NCBI RefSeq assembly: GCF_030684315.1
Contig: NC_081378.1
Location: 39,428,191-39,492,190 of the forward strand
Direction of reading: 5' to 3'
Length of the DNA stretch: 64,000 bases
DNA from: Stegostoma tigrinum
Lineage: Eukaryota
Shown: in pieces, positions 1 to 13,789 of the stretch
Layout: every line of letters begins with the position of its first letter
Position numbering within the stretch: position 1 is the stretch's first letter
The notes under the pieces: model-generated
What the model was told of the DNA's origin: nothing
The model's input: only the letters and a program-made list of their open reading frames with translations
Databases searched by the model: none
Program-made: the position numbers and the translations under genes

Positions 1-104
1 TAAATTTTCCACTATGTGGGAAATGGGTGAAAAGTCTAGTTTATGTTGAAAGAAAGAAGACCAGGTATTCTTTTCATGGAACTGGAAGTGGACATTGCAT
101 GGAA

Positions 105-278
105 AGATAAAGCTGCCATGCTCCTACTGGTCCATAGGCTGCTGTCTCATTAGAGAGAGAGATGACTGGTGGTGGTTTAACCTGAGGATTACCAGCTGGT
201 GTGGCTATTGAACCCATGCTGTTGACATCACTTTGCATTATAAAGCAGCTGTCCAGCCAACTGAACTAGCTGAACCAA
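105..278 (-). mobile_element. Decayed tRNA-derived SINE
   Basis: The minus strand starts ggttcagctagttcagttggctgg...ggttcaat (A/B-box-like); homologous to 31128-31313. Confidence 0.55.
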
Positions 279-1073
279 CAGACAGGTGCAACAACATTTT
301 GTCTGAAATTTTAGATAGGCCAACGCTGTGTGATTTTAGAATAGAGCTTTGTTACTTAAAAAACATAATTCATAATGTGGCTGGCAAGGCTGGAATTTAT
401 TACCTGTCCCTAGCTGCCCTTAGAAAGTAGCAGTGGTCCTTCCTTTTGAATTAAAGGAATCCAGATTAACCACATTCATGGGAAGCTAGATTTTCAAACT
501 GCTATGGTGAGAATTTTACTTTCGGTCATTGGATTATTGGTCTAGGATTCTGGGTTAATGCCTCAGAAAATATAGAACATCAAAGGATGCATCTGGGGTC
601 CAAATCTAAAAAACCCATGTTTTGCTTGGGTCATTGGCTTGAGGTTGTTTAAATCTGGAGATTCATGTTGCTTCTGTTTTGTCATTGCAGCAAATAATAC
701 CGCTTAAAATATTTCTTATTGTTTATCTTGGAGCTCTGTAAACCAGGACCTAAAATATGTAGAGAAATGTGGTTTATGCACCGGTACACAAGTGAAGCTT
801 GCGTGCATTGTTGTTCTGTATCCAATCTTAAAGTAATTTCTTTAATTTTGAAGACTTTGTGAATTCTGCTTCCATTGTTAATTTGCATAGAGTATTTCAA
901 CTCCCTCTACCCTTTGTATTGAAAAGTGAAATAAACCCCTTTATATTCTTTTTGTAATTACTTGAATATCTGTTCACTGGTAAAATATGCATTTATTTGC
1001 TGCTGATATTTTGACTCACAAATCTTGCCAAGTTTAATGCCGTTTGGGCTTTCAATATTAGTTTTTTGTCTGA

Positions 1074-1301
<228 letters not shown>

Positions 1302-2189
1302 TAAATTTTTTTCTAAATTACAGCATCTATTGATGTCTACTAATGATTAATTTTGCTTTAGCCATTTGTATGTTTTACAGGTTTCTGCTGGTTCATGGAT
1401 AATTCAGTTATTCACATAATTTCTGCCCTCCACTAAAAATTCAGGATCTATATCAGAAATACATAAATAAATATCGCTACTTTTATTCACCAGCATGGAA
1501 ATAATAACTCAGTGACTTAACTATTTTGCACTGATTTGATTTGGTGCAAGTGCAGCTTACTAGCTGAAAAAGATCATAACTATAGCTGGTTTGGGAAATA
1601 TTACATTTGCATATTAGGAGGAACTTTCAACTCATGGCAATATGCATGATGTAATTGGGCGATTTTCACCTTCACCGCTTGGATAATAACCTCCTAGAGA
1701 AGATCATTTATTCATTACAGAGACTTTGATTTAAAGTATCGGTTGAAAATTGGTCACACTCTAGAACAGATAAAGATCCATTGGCTGCATTGTTACCCAA
1801 GTGGTGAGGTACCAAATTATCACCAAAACTGGGAAAATATTGCGCAAAGAAGTAACACTATGCACTATGAATCCTGCTGGCTACTCCATGAGAAAGTAAG
1901 CTTAATCTTGAGATTCTAACTCCTCTAAGAGTGGAGTGAAGCATGCTGCTTTTATGTTGAGAAACCTAAGCAATGGACATGGGTCCATATTGCCAATCAT
2001 CACATGAGTTGAGAAGCGAAGGTCACTTTTATTGTGATGAGATGGGCTTAAAGGTTGTATTTGCAGACACCAACACTATCAAAAATCACTGAGGATCTGT
2101 AGCATAGGTAGTTTTCTGCCATCAATCAACCTTTTCTGTTCTGAGTCTAAGGTCTGTCTAAATAGTAGTGATAGGGGGTTAGCGGCTAT

Positions 2190-2560
2190 AAGATTCTTCG
2201 CACGAATAGACATTTGTTTTACACACAAAGCTGTGGTTTATTGCATGATAGCAAAAGGTACAATTAATATTAACCAGTTATACATAGTAACAACAATCAG
2301 GAGCCAGATTTGTCACATCACTCTCCACTGATGCCTTAGACAAGTGTGTTTCCTCCCCAAAGGCTGTGTGACATCATCAGATTGAGTGGAGCACGGCATT
2401 AATTCCTTCAGAATGATTACCTTAAATAACATGTTCCACCAACCTTCATTTAAATAGCTACTTTTACATTTTACACTACCCCATCTTCCCATAAGTCTCA
2501 CCCTTCTCAAATTTAGGTGATTCTGCAGGTTGCACAAGCCTTCCAGAACGCTATAGTTTT
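2190..2560 (-). mobile_element. 3' end of a degenerate Gypsy-like LTR retrotransposon (pol terminus, PPT, LTR)
   Basis: Minus strand shows an RSGRLVQP...LNL-like pol terminus (~2550-2505), a purine tract GGGAAGATGGGG (2490-2479), and an LTR starting TG at 2475 with an internal AATAAA (~2240). Confidence 0.45.
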
Positions 2561-5500
2561 GACCTGTAAGATTGTTAGCTCTTTGGCTTAAGGACTGTTT
2601 ATCTGGATTATGATCTGTGTAAAATCATTTCTCTGCTGCAAGATCTTTTATCTCTGGGATGTCCATTACAAAGGATGTCATTCCTATTAAACTGATAAGT
2701 CTGAAGGACCTATAATCTCCAGGATTTTCTTTGTAGACAAACTCTTGCCTGCTACCTCAGTAGTTCTCATATTAAATCTTCTGGGGAGCCCTTCATCTCA
2801 TGAATGTTCATCATATAAGATGCCTGCTCTCTTCAAACAATTATTTTCTTCCTTATATCCTGGATTCCTAGACCAAGTAGATGCTTTGTGATTTGAAGAG
2901 CTATTCTCCTGTTTTGTTGTATCTTGGAAGTTTAGAACACACAATTTCTTCTTCTTGACAGTGTCCTGAATCTGTTGACATTGATCAGGCTTCCATGGAG
3001 TTGTATGAAGCTCATCATCACTTTGTTCAACAAATCTTTATTGCACAACTTCTGAAAGTGACCTGCAGTTTTACAAATATAGCATTATTTTGTCATGACT
3101 GGGCATTGCCTGTGCCTTTGAGACTTTGTTGTTTTATAGCTCTGACATTGAATTTTAAAATCTGCTGTGTGGCTCACTCCCTGTATTGGTTTTTCAATAA
3201 ACCTTATTAGAATGTTTGAGCATTATAAAGTGATAAGTTTCCTTGAGTCCTGTGCTATTTTTCTCTTCTCTGCTGAGGATATACCTGTAACTCTTCTCTT
3301 TCCACACTAATTTGAATAGCTTTCTTCGAAATTAAATCTTCCTTGGACTGTGAGGTATCTGACAGAGGTTCATTAATAATTTTAACAATAAATTTGTTAT
3401 GATTTCTGATTTTGAAGTTGCATAGTTACAGTTTTCCCCAATCTATGATGGTTATTAATTATATCACCTACTAATTCCACTGGTAGTTGAACTCCTCTTC
3501 TGTTAAATCTTGCTCATGAAATAATTTTGTATGTACTCAGATTGAGGTAATCAAAAACACTTTTAAAACTTCATCAAAGTATTTATATTTTCTTTGAATT
3601 TTTGGCAATTTATAATATCGTGTACAACGGAAATAATTGAATAGTAGTATATCAACTGGCCCCACTTCAGACTTGATGTTTAACTTTGAAGCAATGCTGT
3701 ACATTGAAAATTCTCTTCTCCAAGATGTCCAATCCTGTGATTTTTGCCTATCTGACATTACAGTTTTCGAAGTATTATTTCTCCTTCTTGTTCATACCTT
3801 TTGTTCAAAACTTTTAAAATTGCTTATATTCAAGTCTATTTGTAATCTGCTGTCTTCAAGCTTGTTTTCTTTATTGAAACAATGCTATTTAAAATTCTGT
3901 TGCTTATAGATGCTTCAAACTTTTAAACTCTACCACAGTAATGCTGTAAGATATTCTTCCAATGAAACTTTAGATTCTGTTAACTCGTAGTAATGTATTA
4001 TGTTTCTGCGGTTTCAAAATACATTATATAACACTACCCTATTTACATATTGCTTTCCGAGGGCTTCTTGCTTGTTTTGATGAGCAAAATAGTGGTTTGC
4101 CTCTTCCTCCTGGGTAAAATGGTTGTTTACCATCCTTTTTTGACCCTTGTATAATTTTAAAATGAAATTCTTTGGATGTGGCCTATCTAAATCTTTGCTC
4201 CAAAAGTATGGTTTTTAAATCCAGAGTGTAATGTTGTTCTAAAAGTGTTAAACTTGTTCAAATGCATGAGCCATAAAATGTTTTCAGTTATGTCAAGTGG
4301 CTAAGATTGCCAATGGAATGTTATCCTTTATTAAAAAATGAATTGAACATTAGAGTAAAGATATTATGTTTTAATTATATAGGGCACTGGTGAAACCACA
4401 TGTCTTAGTCTCCATATTTAAGGAACGATGTAAATGTGTTGGTAGTTCAAAGAAATTTACCAGTGAAGTGGGGACTGTGCAGTTTATATACATCTTTGAT
4501 ATCATTTGTGTTATTTTTGACTTTTGGATTTTGAATAGAGACATGTGGGTTTTTATATGGACTTATTTTTTAAGGTTTAGGGAAAACACCCATAGTGGAG
4601 AGAGAGTGTTATAATCTTAACTTCTGCAAAACTGAACAAAATTGAAATTTTTATGTGTAAAGTTGTTCCTGAGAAAGGGAGAAGTTTATCTTACAGTAAG
4701 GAGATAGTCAGTACCTCACACCAGAAATGTTCAATAAAACCCTGAGGTTATTTGAATATTTAAGCACAAGTGTATGATATCCCCAGAATGGAACTGTCAT
4801 GTATTTGAGACTGGGGACAAAATCTTGCAGGGATCTAAGTGAGTGGAGCTATGGTGAGATTTGTGGCAGAATCAGACAGGAAGTCCAGTGAGATTCATCT
4901 CGACATCAGAGGCAATTTTTGCCATCTTTTATACATTTCACAAGTGGCATGGTAATTTTCTCAGTAGATGATGCCAAGTTGTCAATTAAGGGGGATTATT
5001 GCTTGTTAAATAATTTATTGACAGCCCAACTTTCCTTATGACATAGCAATCTATCACCAGATTTGCCGAACAAGCTGGATGTTGAGAAAATCTGAAACAA
5101 GCTCTATGCTGGACACCAGGTGCCGATATACCAGGCCATATTCCAAGGGCACAGGTCACACACTCCACATCCACAGGCATTGACATCCAATATGTTCCAG
5201 TCTATATGAGCCCTTGTGGCTCATCTCCAATCCCTGTACAGGATGCTTCTGCACTTCTATGCAGCACCTTAATCTGCATCAGCAACTCTCATTGTAATAC
5301 AGGAGCAAGGACTCTGCACTCAGGGACGTGCACCCAGCTCATGGACCAAACCAGGCTGTATCTCCAGGCTCTTTGCTCGCTGACATAGCACTCACTCACT
5401 CACTCTGAGCTGACCTGGATGCTTACAGTGTCTCTGTTCTGTGTTGACTTGTCTTGCCCTTTTTGTGATTTGACTGTCACCCAGAGATATAAGGTTCATG

Positions 5501-5869
5501 TTACTTTTCCCCTGTCTTTCCCTTTAGAGCAGACTCAAAGGAAAGCATCAGACTGCAGTTTTCAGCAGGCTTCCATCAGGTCAAGGGGGATAGCTTTTGC
5601 TCAGGTAGTCTCAGCATAGTAAGCCGAGAGAATCCTCTGAAACCAATCCAGGGGCTTGGAAATATCAGCCCACCATTTGAGATGGTCAGAGTCAGCTCCA
5701 CACAAGCGATGAGGAGCTGAATATTGGGCAGGCCACCAGCCATCCTGATTCCTTCTGTCTCATTAGGGACTGTTTCCTCCTGAAAGAGAGAGAGGCAGGT
5801 ATTATGGGATGTTACAAAGTAGAGATTAAGTGTGAGATATTCAAGAGAAGATGGTAGCACTTACACTGA

Positions 5870-6110
5870 ATTAGTGGAGAAGGTCATTGACCTTCTTCCT
5901 ACAGTGCTGTACGTTCCTCTAGAAGTCTGAGAGCTTTAACCTGGAGTTTAGATGTAGGCAAGCCTGGTATAGTCTGGTGTCATGGCCTCCACTACTCTTT
6001 CTGGGGAAGAGGAAGTCCCATCTCTGTATCACTCCATGCAGATGTCCTCTAGGTCTCACCTCAAACAAACAGCACAGCACTGATTTTCCCGTCTGCCATG
6101 TCAAAGGCAA
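5870..6110 (-). mobile_element. Harbinger/PIF Myb-SANT ORF remnant
   Basis: The minus strand encodes RNVQHCRKKVNDLLH* and VIQRWDFLFP, typical of Harbinger Myb/SANT (NAIF1-like) proteins; frameshifted. Confidence 0.55.
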
Positions 6111-6454
6111 ATGTCCAGAGCCATGCAGGACAACGTTTGGAATGACAATATTTGCCTGGGCGCACGATGGGCTTTTAAAGATGGCGCAGATGCAAGGAAT
6201 GCTAATGAATTCTGGGATATCCATTGACAGATGATTTGTTCTAGAAGTGGTGCGTGATAAGATGGGGCTTGAATTGGACATGAGAGATAACATAAAGATG
6301 GAGTAATAAATGCAGCATGTTCAGTAAGACATGGTGAGAGAACTTTCTACACCTCCCAGCAGAGAAATCCTTCAAAATCTTGATGCAACTTGAACTTAGT
6401 CAAAAAAAAGTGTAAGATTCAACCCTGGGAGTTGAAGTCAAGTTAAGCCATGTA

Positions 6455-6587
6455 GTTCTGAAGGAGAGCTGTATCAGACTTGAAATGTTAGCTCTGTTTC
6501 TTTCTTCACCAGTGCGGTTGGACTTGCTGAGTTTCTCCAGTAGTTTCTATTTGAGATTTCCAGCATCTGTGGCATTTTACTTTTATT
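6455..6587 (+). mobile_element. Decayed PLE 3' terminus (family B)
   Basis: Homologous to 11272-11405 and 47785-47890. Confidence 0.6.
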
Positions 6588-6860
6588 ACAATTAAGCTGT
6601 TAGAGAAAGTTAGTTTATGATGTGGGAATTGTACAAGGGGTGCTCTTCAATTTCACAGAGGGGTGTTTCAGGATCTATAAAGGAACATTGAAGGTTTTAT
6701 GGAGGGATTATATTTCACCATGTGCTTCCAAATTAAATTTGTGCTCTAAATAAATGGTCTAGTTTATCCTGTTTTATCTTCATTCCTTTTACTTAATAAA
6801 CTTCTCTTTTATTGTTAAAACAAAGCTGCAACATTGCAAATCTATGTTTCAATGAAAGAT

Positions 6861-7210
6861 ACTTACATAAGAACATAAGAACCAGGAGCAGGAGTAGGCC
6901 ATCCGGCCCCTTGAGCCTGCCCTGCCATTTAATAAGATCATGGCTGATCTTTTTGAGACTCCGCTCCACTTAGCTGCCCACTCACCATAGCCCTTAATTC
7001 CTTTACTGTTCAAAAATTTATCTGGTCTCGCCTTAAAAACGTTCATCGGGGTAGCTTCAATCGCTTCACTGGGCAGGGAATTCCACAGATTCACAACCCT
7101 TTCGATGAAGAAGTTCCTCCTGACCTCAGTACTACGTCTGCTTCCCTTTATTTTGAGGTGATGCCCTCTGGTCCTAGTTTCACCTGCTAGCGGAAACAAC
7201 CTCCCTGCCT
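6861..7210 (-). mobile_element. CR1 LINE 3' fragment
   Basis: ORF 6849-7199 contains TRGHHLK...RRNFFIERVVNLWNSLP; (CATAAGAA)n tail. Confidence 0.9.
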
Positions 7211-7597
7211 ACAGTTTCTACTATCTCTGAAACAATCTGTACATTTGTTGGGTTTTGTATTTTGTGTTTAGAACTTCCTGATATCAGACTGAAATTTTTA
7301 TCTTTGACTACTTGTCCTGTGATTCACCTTAATTATGAGTCATTGCTCTGACTTTAACTTTTGCATTCCATTCATTTTGAAGAAAAGGTACATGTACATT
7401 TTTATATTTTCCAGTTCAAAATAAGTTTTAAGTTCAAAATTATCTGCACTAATTTAGGTAAAGCCCCATTGACACCCTTATCCCTGCAGCATTCAAGTCA
7501 GCATCCTTTAACGTATCAGCTTGGATGTTTATGCAACAAGAACATTTTTGAGGCCATTAAAATATAAATAATTGCCTGTGGCAGAAAAAGAAACTAA

Positions 7598-8020
7598 AAA
7601 GGGTTTGAGCTATAGGGAGAGGCTGGGTAGACTGGGTTTTTTTTTTCTCCAGAGCGTTGAAGGCTGAGGCGTGACCTTACAGTGGTTTCCTTATGAAATC
7701 ATAAGGAGCGTGAATCGGGTAAATAGACAAGGGTTTGGGGAGTCCAAAACTGGGGGCCTTAAGTTTAAGGTGAGAGGGGAAAAATTTAAAATGGACCTAA
7801 GAGGCAACTTTTCACACAGCGGGTGGCGCTTGTGAATTATGAATGAACTGCTGGTACAATTATTAAATATAAAAGGCATCTGGATGGGCACATGAATAGC
7901 AAGGAATTAGAGTTATGTTGGCCCAATGCTGACACATGGGGCTGGATTTATTTAAGATACCTGGTTGACATGGACAAGCTGGGCCATAGGGTTGCTTTCC
8001 GTGCTGTTTATCTCTGACTC
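7598..8020 (+). mobile_element. CR1 LINE 3' fragment, decayed
   Basis: aggctgaggcgtgacctta...gaggcaactttttcacacagcgggtg, the CR1 ORF2 terminus. Confidence 0.8.
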
Positions 8021-8788
8021 TACCACAACTCTAGCATATAGTACCATATACTCAAGCCCAGAATTTGTCAGTACTATTGATGTAGTTTCAATGTTGAAGG
8101 CTGCAAGTCTGCTGATGGGTGAAGATAGTGGCCCCATCGTAACTTACTGGAGTGTCACCACTACAGCTGGTGCTTCCTACAGATGCCTGCAAGAGCATTG
8201 CAGCCGTGACTGTTCTGAGCTAGCATTCCAAAGCAACACAATCTCCAAAATCTGTACGAGGCTGAAAACCACGGACGGGAGCAACTCTGAATGGAAGGAA
8301 TATACTAGAATGAGCAAGGTAGTTAATTCCTCTAGGAGTGATTGCCTTCCTTCCTAGAGTTTCAGGGTTCCCTCAAAAGGTGACAGCAGGATTCGCCTCA
8401 ATTCGTAGTGTTCTGGACATTTTTACCCACCACCAGTAGAACATTTATCTCCCCTCTCCCCAGCGTGGCTCCCTGATGTGGCATCTTGATGTTAGGGCGG
8501 AGGTGGAACACTGGCCATACCCTGCCCCTTCACTCCCCACTGGCACCCCCACCCCCACTCCCCATACAAGTAAAATCAAGGTGGACACCAATCCCCACAT
8601 TGTCTAATGTTAGTCGCCTGCTGGAATTCCATCTTGGCCCTCATCAGTGTTTGAGAACTAATCTGCTTGAGTTTCCTACTTCAAGTCATTTTGAATTTTT
8701 TTTCCCCAGAAGTGTAAAATGAAATTGTAAGCTGTCATGGTGATTTGTAGGCTATGATATATTTGATTTTCCCACCTTTGTTTTGCAG

Positions 8789-8916
8789 AATGGAAACCCT
8801 CATAATCCATATTGCCAAGGAATTGATGGGGTTATGGAAGCTTACTACCAGAGTCTAAAGTCTGTGCAACTCTACGGACCGACCAACTTTGCCCCTGTAA
8901 TTAATCATGTAGCAAG
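8789..8916 (+). CDS. CPNE8: Copine-8 coding exon ([43 protein letters not shown])
   Basis: Acceptor ttttgcag|AAT and donor AG|gtactt; 128 bp, phase 0 to 2; contains the copine LYGPTNFAP motif. Not in the ORF track; read manually. Confidence 0.95.
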
Positions 8917-10094
8917 GTACTTCAGCCGCTGTTAGAAAGAGGGTAGCCCATGTCAACCATTCAAATCAGTAAATTGCACATTTTTTTTCTTCATAGTTTG
9001 AGAGCATTCAATAGTTTATGTATCTTGTACACCTTTTACCTCCCTTATTATTTGTGACACAAGACTCCGAGGGGACTGTGGTGGAGGTTAGAATTTGTAG
9101 CAGATCGACAGGGTGCCACTTACGCTTTCATTTTAATGATTGACTGACTAAATATGGAATGTTTTGAGTCTGCACTACCGTGCAGACAGTTGGAAATGCC
9201 GAGCATGAGATGTAGAGAAACATAAACAATGTTGCATGTTACTGAGACATGTCCCACTACAGACAGAATTGCAGAGACGTCGGTTTAAACTCCAGTAATG
9301 CGGTGATGGTCGCTGTGCCCTGCGAACTTGCAGTTGCTTGCTAATAATAAAAGTTCTGGAATTAGGGGCATTTAAGTTGAATGTCATCTACAAATGACCC
9401 CCATCTCACTCACCAGGTTTACCAACAGTATCCAAGAAAGGAGATTTAGTGCAATGATAATTCTTTAATGTTGACTTGGAGTTGCAATATTTGTTTAGCA
9501 TATGTAACTCCTGTCGTATTGCTAATATGATTACAAAGGATGGATGTTCTTCCCTTTGCTGTCCAAGATGGACTATTTCTGTAGAATCTATTGTGTAGAC
9601 ATTAGCAGGAAGAATTTACTCACCACTGTATACTGAGGACATGAGACTATTTGGCTTGATAAGCTACAACTGCCTGTGTCCAAGTCTAGTGCCGAAGTCT
9701 CCAAATGGTGTCTTGTCTAAATGCTAGCCCTACTCAGCAACAGAAATAAAAATCTCTTACAAAACTCATTTTGCTTCCAAATTTATATTTAACAGTGTAA
9801 TTTATGTACAAGGCTGAAAAAGTGGCAGTTATATTTCAGATTTTTTTCTGCTATTCATACCTCATGGTCGTTACCCATAAGCACTTTACCCTTTCTTTGG
9901 CTGAAATTTAATCGTTGTATGCTGTGAAAGTTGCAATTCCACAGGAAGGTGATGAAACATAAATTTAACTCCCACAAAGGTGGGATGAGTTTGTGTTTAG
10001 CTTTTAAACAAAAAGGATTTGTTATAAAAATCCAGTTCCTGCACTCACTCGTTCTAGCCGTGATATGACTTGTACTTGGTTGCCTCTGACGGGG

Positions 10095-10800
10095 CAAAGA
10101 CAAAATTGTGGAAAAATTCAATACGTCTAGCTGCATCTGTGGAGACAAAGCAGAATTAGTGTTTTGGGTGCGTTGACTTTTCTCCAGAATTGATTGCAGC
10201 TTTGAAAGGGTTGCTATATATATGCTGAAGATAGGGAGGTGGGGGGAGTGGAGAGGAGTAAATGGAGTTGGATCTCAGGGAGAGAGAGAGAGACCAACAA
10301 ATGGGCAGACAAAGGGATGGGTAATTGTCAGCCTAGTTGCTATTGGGCCCCAATAATGAGTGACAATGGGATGTGTGCGACAATAGCCCATGTAATGACA
10401 AGGCCTAGTGTTTGGAGGTTGGAGTAAAGACATGTTCAGGCCCTAAAATTATTGAACTCAATATTGAGTCCAGAAGGCTGCAGGATCCCCAAGCAGAAAG
10501 TGAGGTTTTGTTCTTCCAGCTTTCACTGAATTTTGTTGGAACACTGCAGCAAGCCTGACGCAGAGATGTTGCCAGGGAACAGGATAGGGTATTGAAGTGG
10601 CAGGCAGCAGGAAGCTTAGGGTCTTTATTTGTGGGCAAAGTGTAGGTGTTCGGCAAAGTGGCTGCCCACTGTGTGTTTCATCTCCCTAATGTAGAGGAGA
10701 CCATAATGTGAGCAGCAAATGCACTCAACTATATCGAGTGAAGTGTAGGTTCTCTGGGAAGGTGTATTTGGGGCCTTGGGTAGTGAGGAGGGAGGAAAGT
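10095..10800 (-). mobile_element. PLE 3' fragment (decayed GIY-YIG end plus family B terminus)
   Basis: ORF 10405-10656 contains LPAACHFN..., homologous to the PLE endonuclease at 54.9-55.3 kb. Confidence 0.75.
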
Positions 10801-10802
10801 TG

Positions 10803-11120
10803 GCAAAGTGGCACAGTGGCTAATATTGTTGCCTCACAGTGTGAGGCACCTGGGTTCGATTCCACCCTTAGGCAACTGTGTGGAGTTTGCACATCCTCGT
10901 TGTTTGTATGGGTTTCCTCACATAGTCCAGAGATGCACAGTTTAATTGGATTGGCCATGCTGAATTACCCACAGTGTCCAGGGATGTGCAGGCTAGGTGG
11001 ATTAGCCATGGGAAATATCGCATTACAGGGATGGGGTGGATCTGGGCAGGATGCTTTTCAGAGGGTCGGTGTGGACTAGATGGGCCAAATGGACTGCTCC
11101 CATGCTGTTAGGAATTCTAT
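10803..11120 (+). mobile_element. HE1-like tRNA-derived V-SINE
   Basis: tggcacagtggcta...gggttcgattcc A/B boxes, tgtgtggagtttgcacat V-domain, and a CR1-like tail. Confidence 0.85.
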
Positions 11121-11124
11121 GCAA

Positions 11125-11405
11125 ATGGGCAGGTTGATCTTTACCCACTCCTTTGTCTGTCCAACCATTGTTCTCCCTCTCTGTTTATACCATCTCCACC
11201 TATCATTTATCCTACCCCACTTCTTCCACCCCATCTTCAGCAGTACACCCATCCTTTTCTCAGCCACAAGCAGTTCTGAGGAAGGGTCAATGGACCCAAA
11301 ATGTTAACTCTGCTTTCTCTCCACAGATACTGCCAGACCTACTGAAATTTTCCAGCAATATCTGTTTCTGATTTCTAACATCTGCAGTTCTTATTTTCAT
11401 TTTGT
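11125..11405 (+). mobile_element. PLE 3' terminus (family B) with decayed hammerhead motif
   Basis: agtt CTGAGGA A GGGTC aatg GACCC AAAA TGTT aact at 11272-11309; inverted relative to 10095-10300. Confidence 0.75.
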
Positions 11406-12144
11406 TTCGCCCTCCAGAGGGGCCTGGCAAGTCATTCAGTTGTCCCAAAATACTGCCGACAATAAGAAGCATTGAAACAGATGAACCATTAGGCTTTGAC
11501 TTTAACCAACATCCACATAACAAAGGCACACCCAATCTAGTCAGTCCAACTTATGAACATAGAGAACTGGTTGGGACAACTGTTTCAAAAACAAGTCAAC
11601 CAACATTGCAAACCTCTGCTGATACCTTTCTTGTCTTACCAGAGATAGCGTACAGACAGAAGTGATCCTGAGAATTTTCAGTGTTCCCTCAGATCTTTAT
11701 TTGAGCTTTCAGACAATATATCAATCATTGTTAAAATATGATCTTATGTTTTCAGAGCGCAATGATCTTTCCAATTGGCTAACTTATACCACATGCAGTA
11801 CTTTCTATTGAATTACTTAGCCCATGCCACATTCTTAGTTTAGTCAAAATGGAAATGACAATGTACTTTAAGTAATTCTGTATTTGCGTGTATTTTTGAT
11901 GCAATCGGCTATATACTGGATCTGGACTGAAGTTGAATTTTCTGGGAAATATTGAATTCCATGCTCGCTGTACGTCGCTTAGAGTAACAAACAAAGCATC
12001 AAAAATCATGTAATTACTATTTGTGCTGTTAGTGTAAACATACTAATATGTTCTTATGCCATTTTTTCCAGTTGTTTTAAATGGGCCAGAATTTTCATTA
12101 GAATAGAAAGTAGTCCCTGGGCTTTTGTATCTTTTCAGGGTTGA

Positions 12145-12291
<147 letters not shown>

Positions 12292-12649
12292 TAAGTTGTT
12301 TGCTGGTTATTTTGGAGTAATGTGGCATCACTGTGTGTGAAGCCATGAAGTATGGAAGGGCAAGGAAAGGATCTGATTTAACAGGGGGTATGATAGTAAG
12401 CCTGAGAATAGAGGTGCCATATAGCTGAGTTGGTTGGATAGCTAGCATGTGATTTGGAATAATGCCAACAGTGCTGGTTTGATTACCATTGCTGCTGAGA
12501 TGGGGAGGTGGTGGGTGTTTCTTTCCTTTCCCAGCCCCTGAAGGCAGAAAGCAATGACAGCTTACTACTGGGTAAGAAAAATGGTCAGGATAAATCATCA
12601 GACAGTGAACCAAGCACCTGCCTTTGATCAGAACACACGTGAATGAACA

Positions 12650-13005
12650 AATGTAGAGATCACTATTAATGATTTGGAGTCATGTATTCAAATTCCCAAA
12701 AGTTTAATGTGTGTAAATTTGGAATCAATGTTAAGGTTGAACAGTGATGATGACCATGAAATGACTAGGTTGCTGTAAAAACCTGAACGTTTCACAGATC
12801 TACCTTTCAGGGGAAGAAATCTACCTTCTTTATCCAGTTTGACCAGTCACTCCATGTCTTTAGAAACCTTGTTCACTATTATTTGTCCTGTGAAATGCCC
12901 TACAACGTCACTCAGTTGCATTAAGAAGGTGGTTTGTTATGACCTTTCCCAAAGAAAGTTGCCTGGGGTGGAGTGAGCACTAATTAGGCCTGTATCCCAT
13001 AAGTA
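12650..13005 (+). mobile_element. Decayed tRNA-headed SINE (family of 34568-34950)
   Basis: Shares the gatgaccatgaaa...cagggaagaaatctacc block. Confidence 0.55.
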
Positions 13006-13789
13006 TTTTTTTTAAGAGATCCAAAAACAGTTTCTTAAATGTTGAAGGTGCCTAGCATTTTCCAAAGATATCCAAGACATTATGCATATAAGTACACATT
13101 TAAAACTGAGAACTTTTCATCAAATCCTACGACATAGATTGTATCAAGGAGTCATTTAGCCTTGGTTCTGGCAAATTTATATCTGGGAGTTTTGAAAAGG
13201 GCTATGTCCCTGTATGGAGATTCCAGAGACAGTTAAAAGAAATCTGCGTCGGGGCAATTTCTTAGTAATTTTGCTTGGAGGTTTTTGCACTGATCATATG
13301 TTTCTCAGTGAATCTCATTTGTAATTTGAAGGAAGTCCATGATCCAACTATTTTGGAATGTTTGAAGATGTAAAGCTGCACTATCAGTATTGTTTATATC
13401 AATCTGTTATCTATTTTTTTCAGCTGTGATAGGCTTCCAAGTTATTGTGCCATCAAGGAAGTCCTTATATGAGTAGGAAATGATTGACTCTGGATTAATT
13501 GTGGAAAAGCTATGGCCCAGTTTTTGCAGCCGTTGAATTCACATGTCACTAACACAACTGCCCACAAAGATGTAATGATCTCTGAGGCATAGTTTTCCAA
13601 TGTTAATGTGAATCTGGTGCTAAATCAAAGCAATTTCCAAATATCTAATGATTGTGATGCCTTCAAGCAGGGTAACCACCCAATTACATTAATTTGTTCT
13701 CCCAGTCAGCAATCGGGAAAGTAAATTGAACTGGTTCTTCTTCAAATAGAATTGGTAGAATTTTAAATAAATAGTTGGGACATTACAGG

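Noticed and set aside
10803-10870. tRNA-like A/B boxes
   Set aside because: SINE head with no complete cloverleaf; the same applies to 34568 and 18473.
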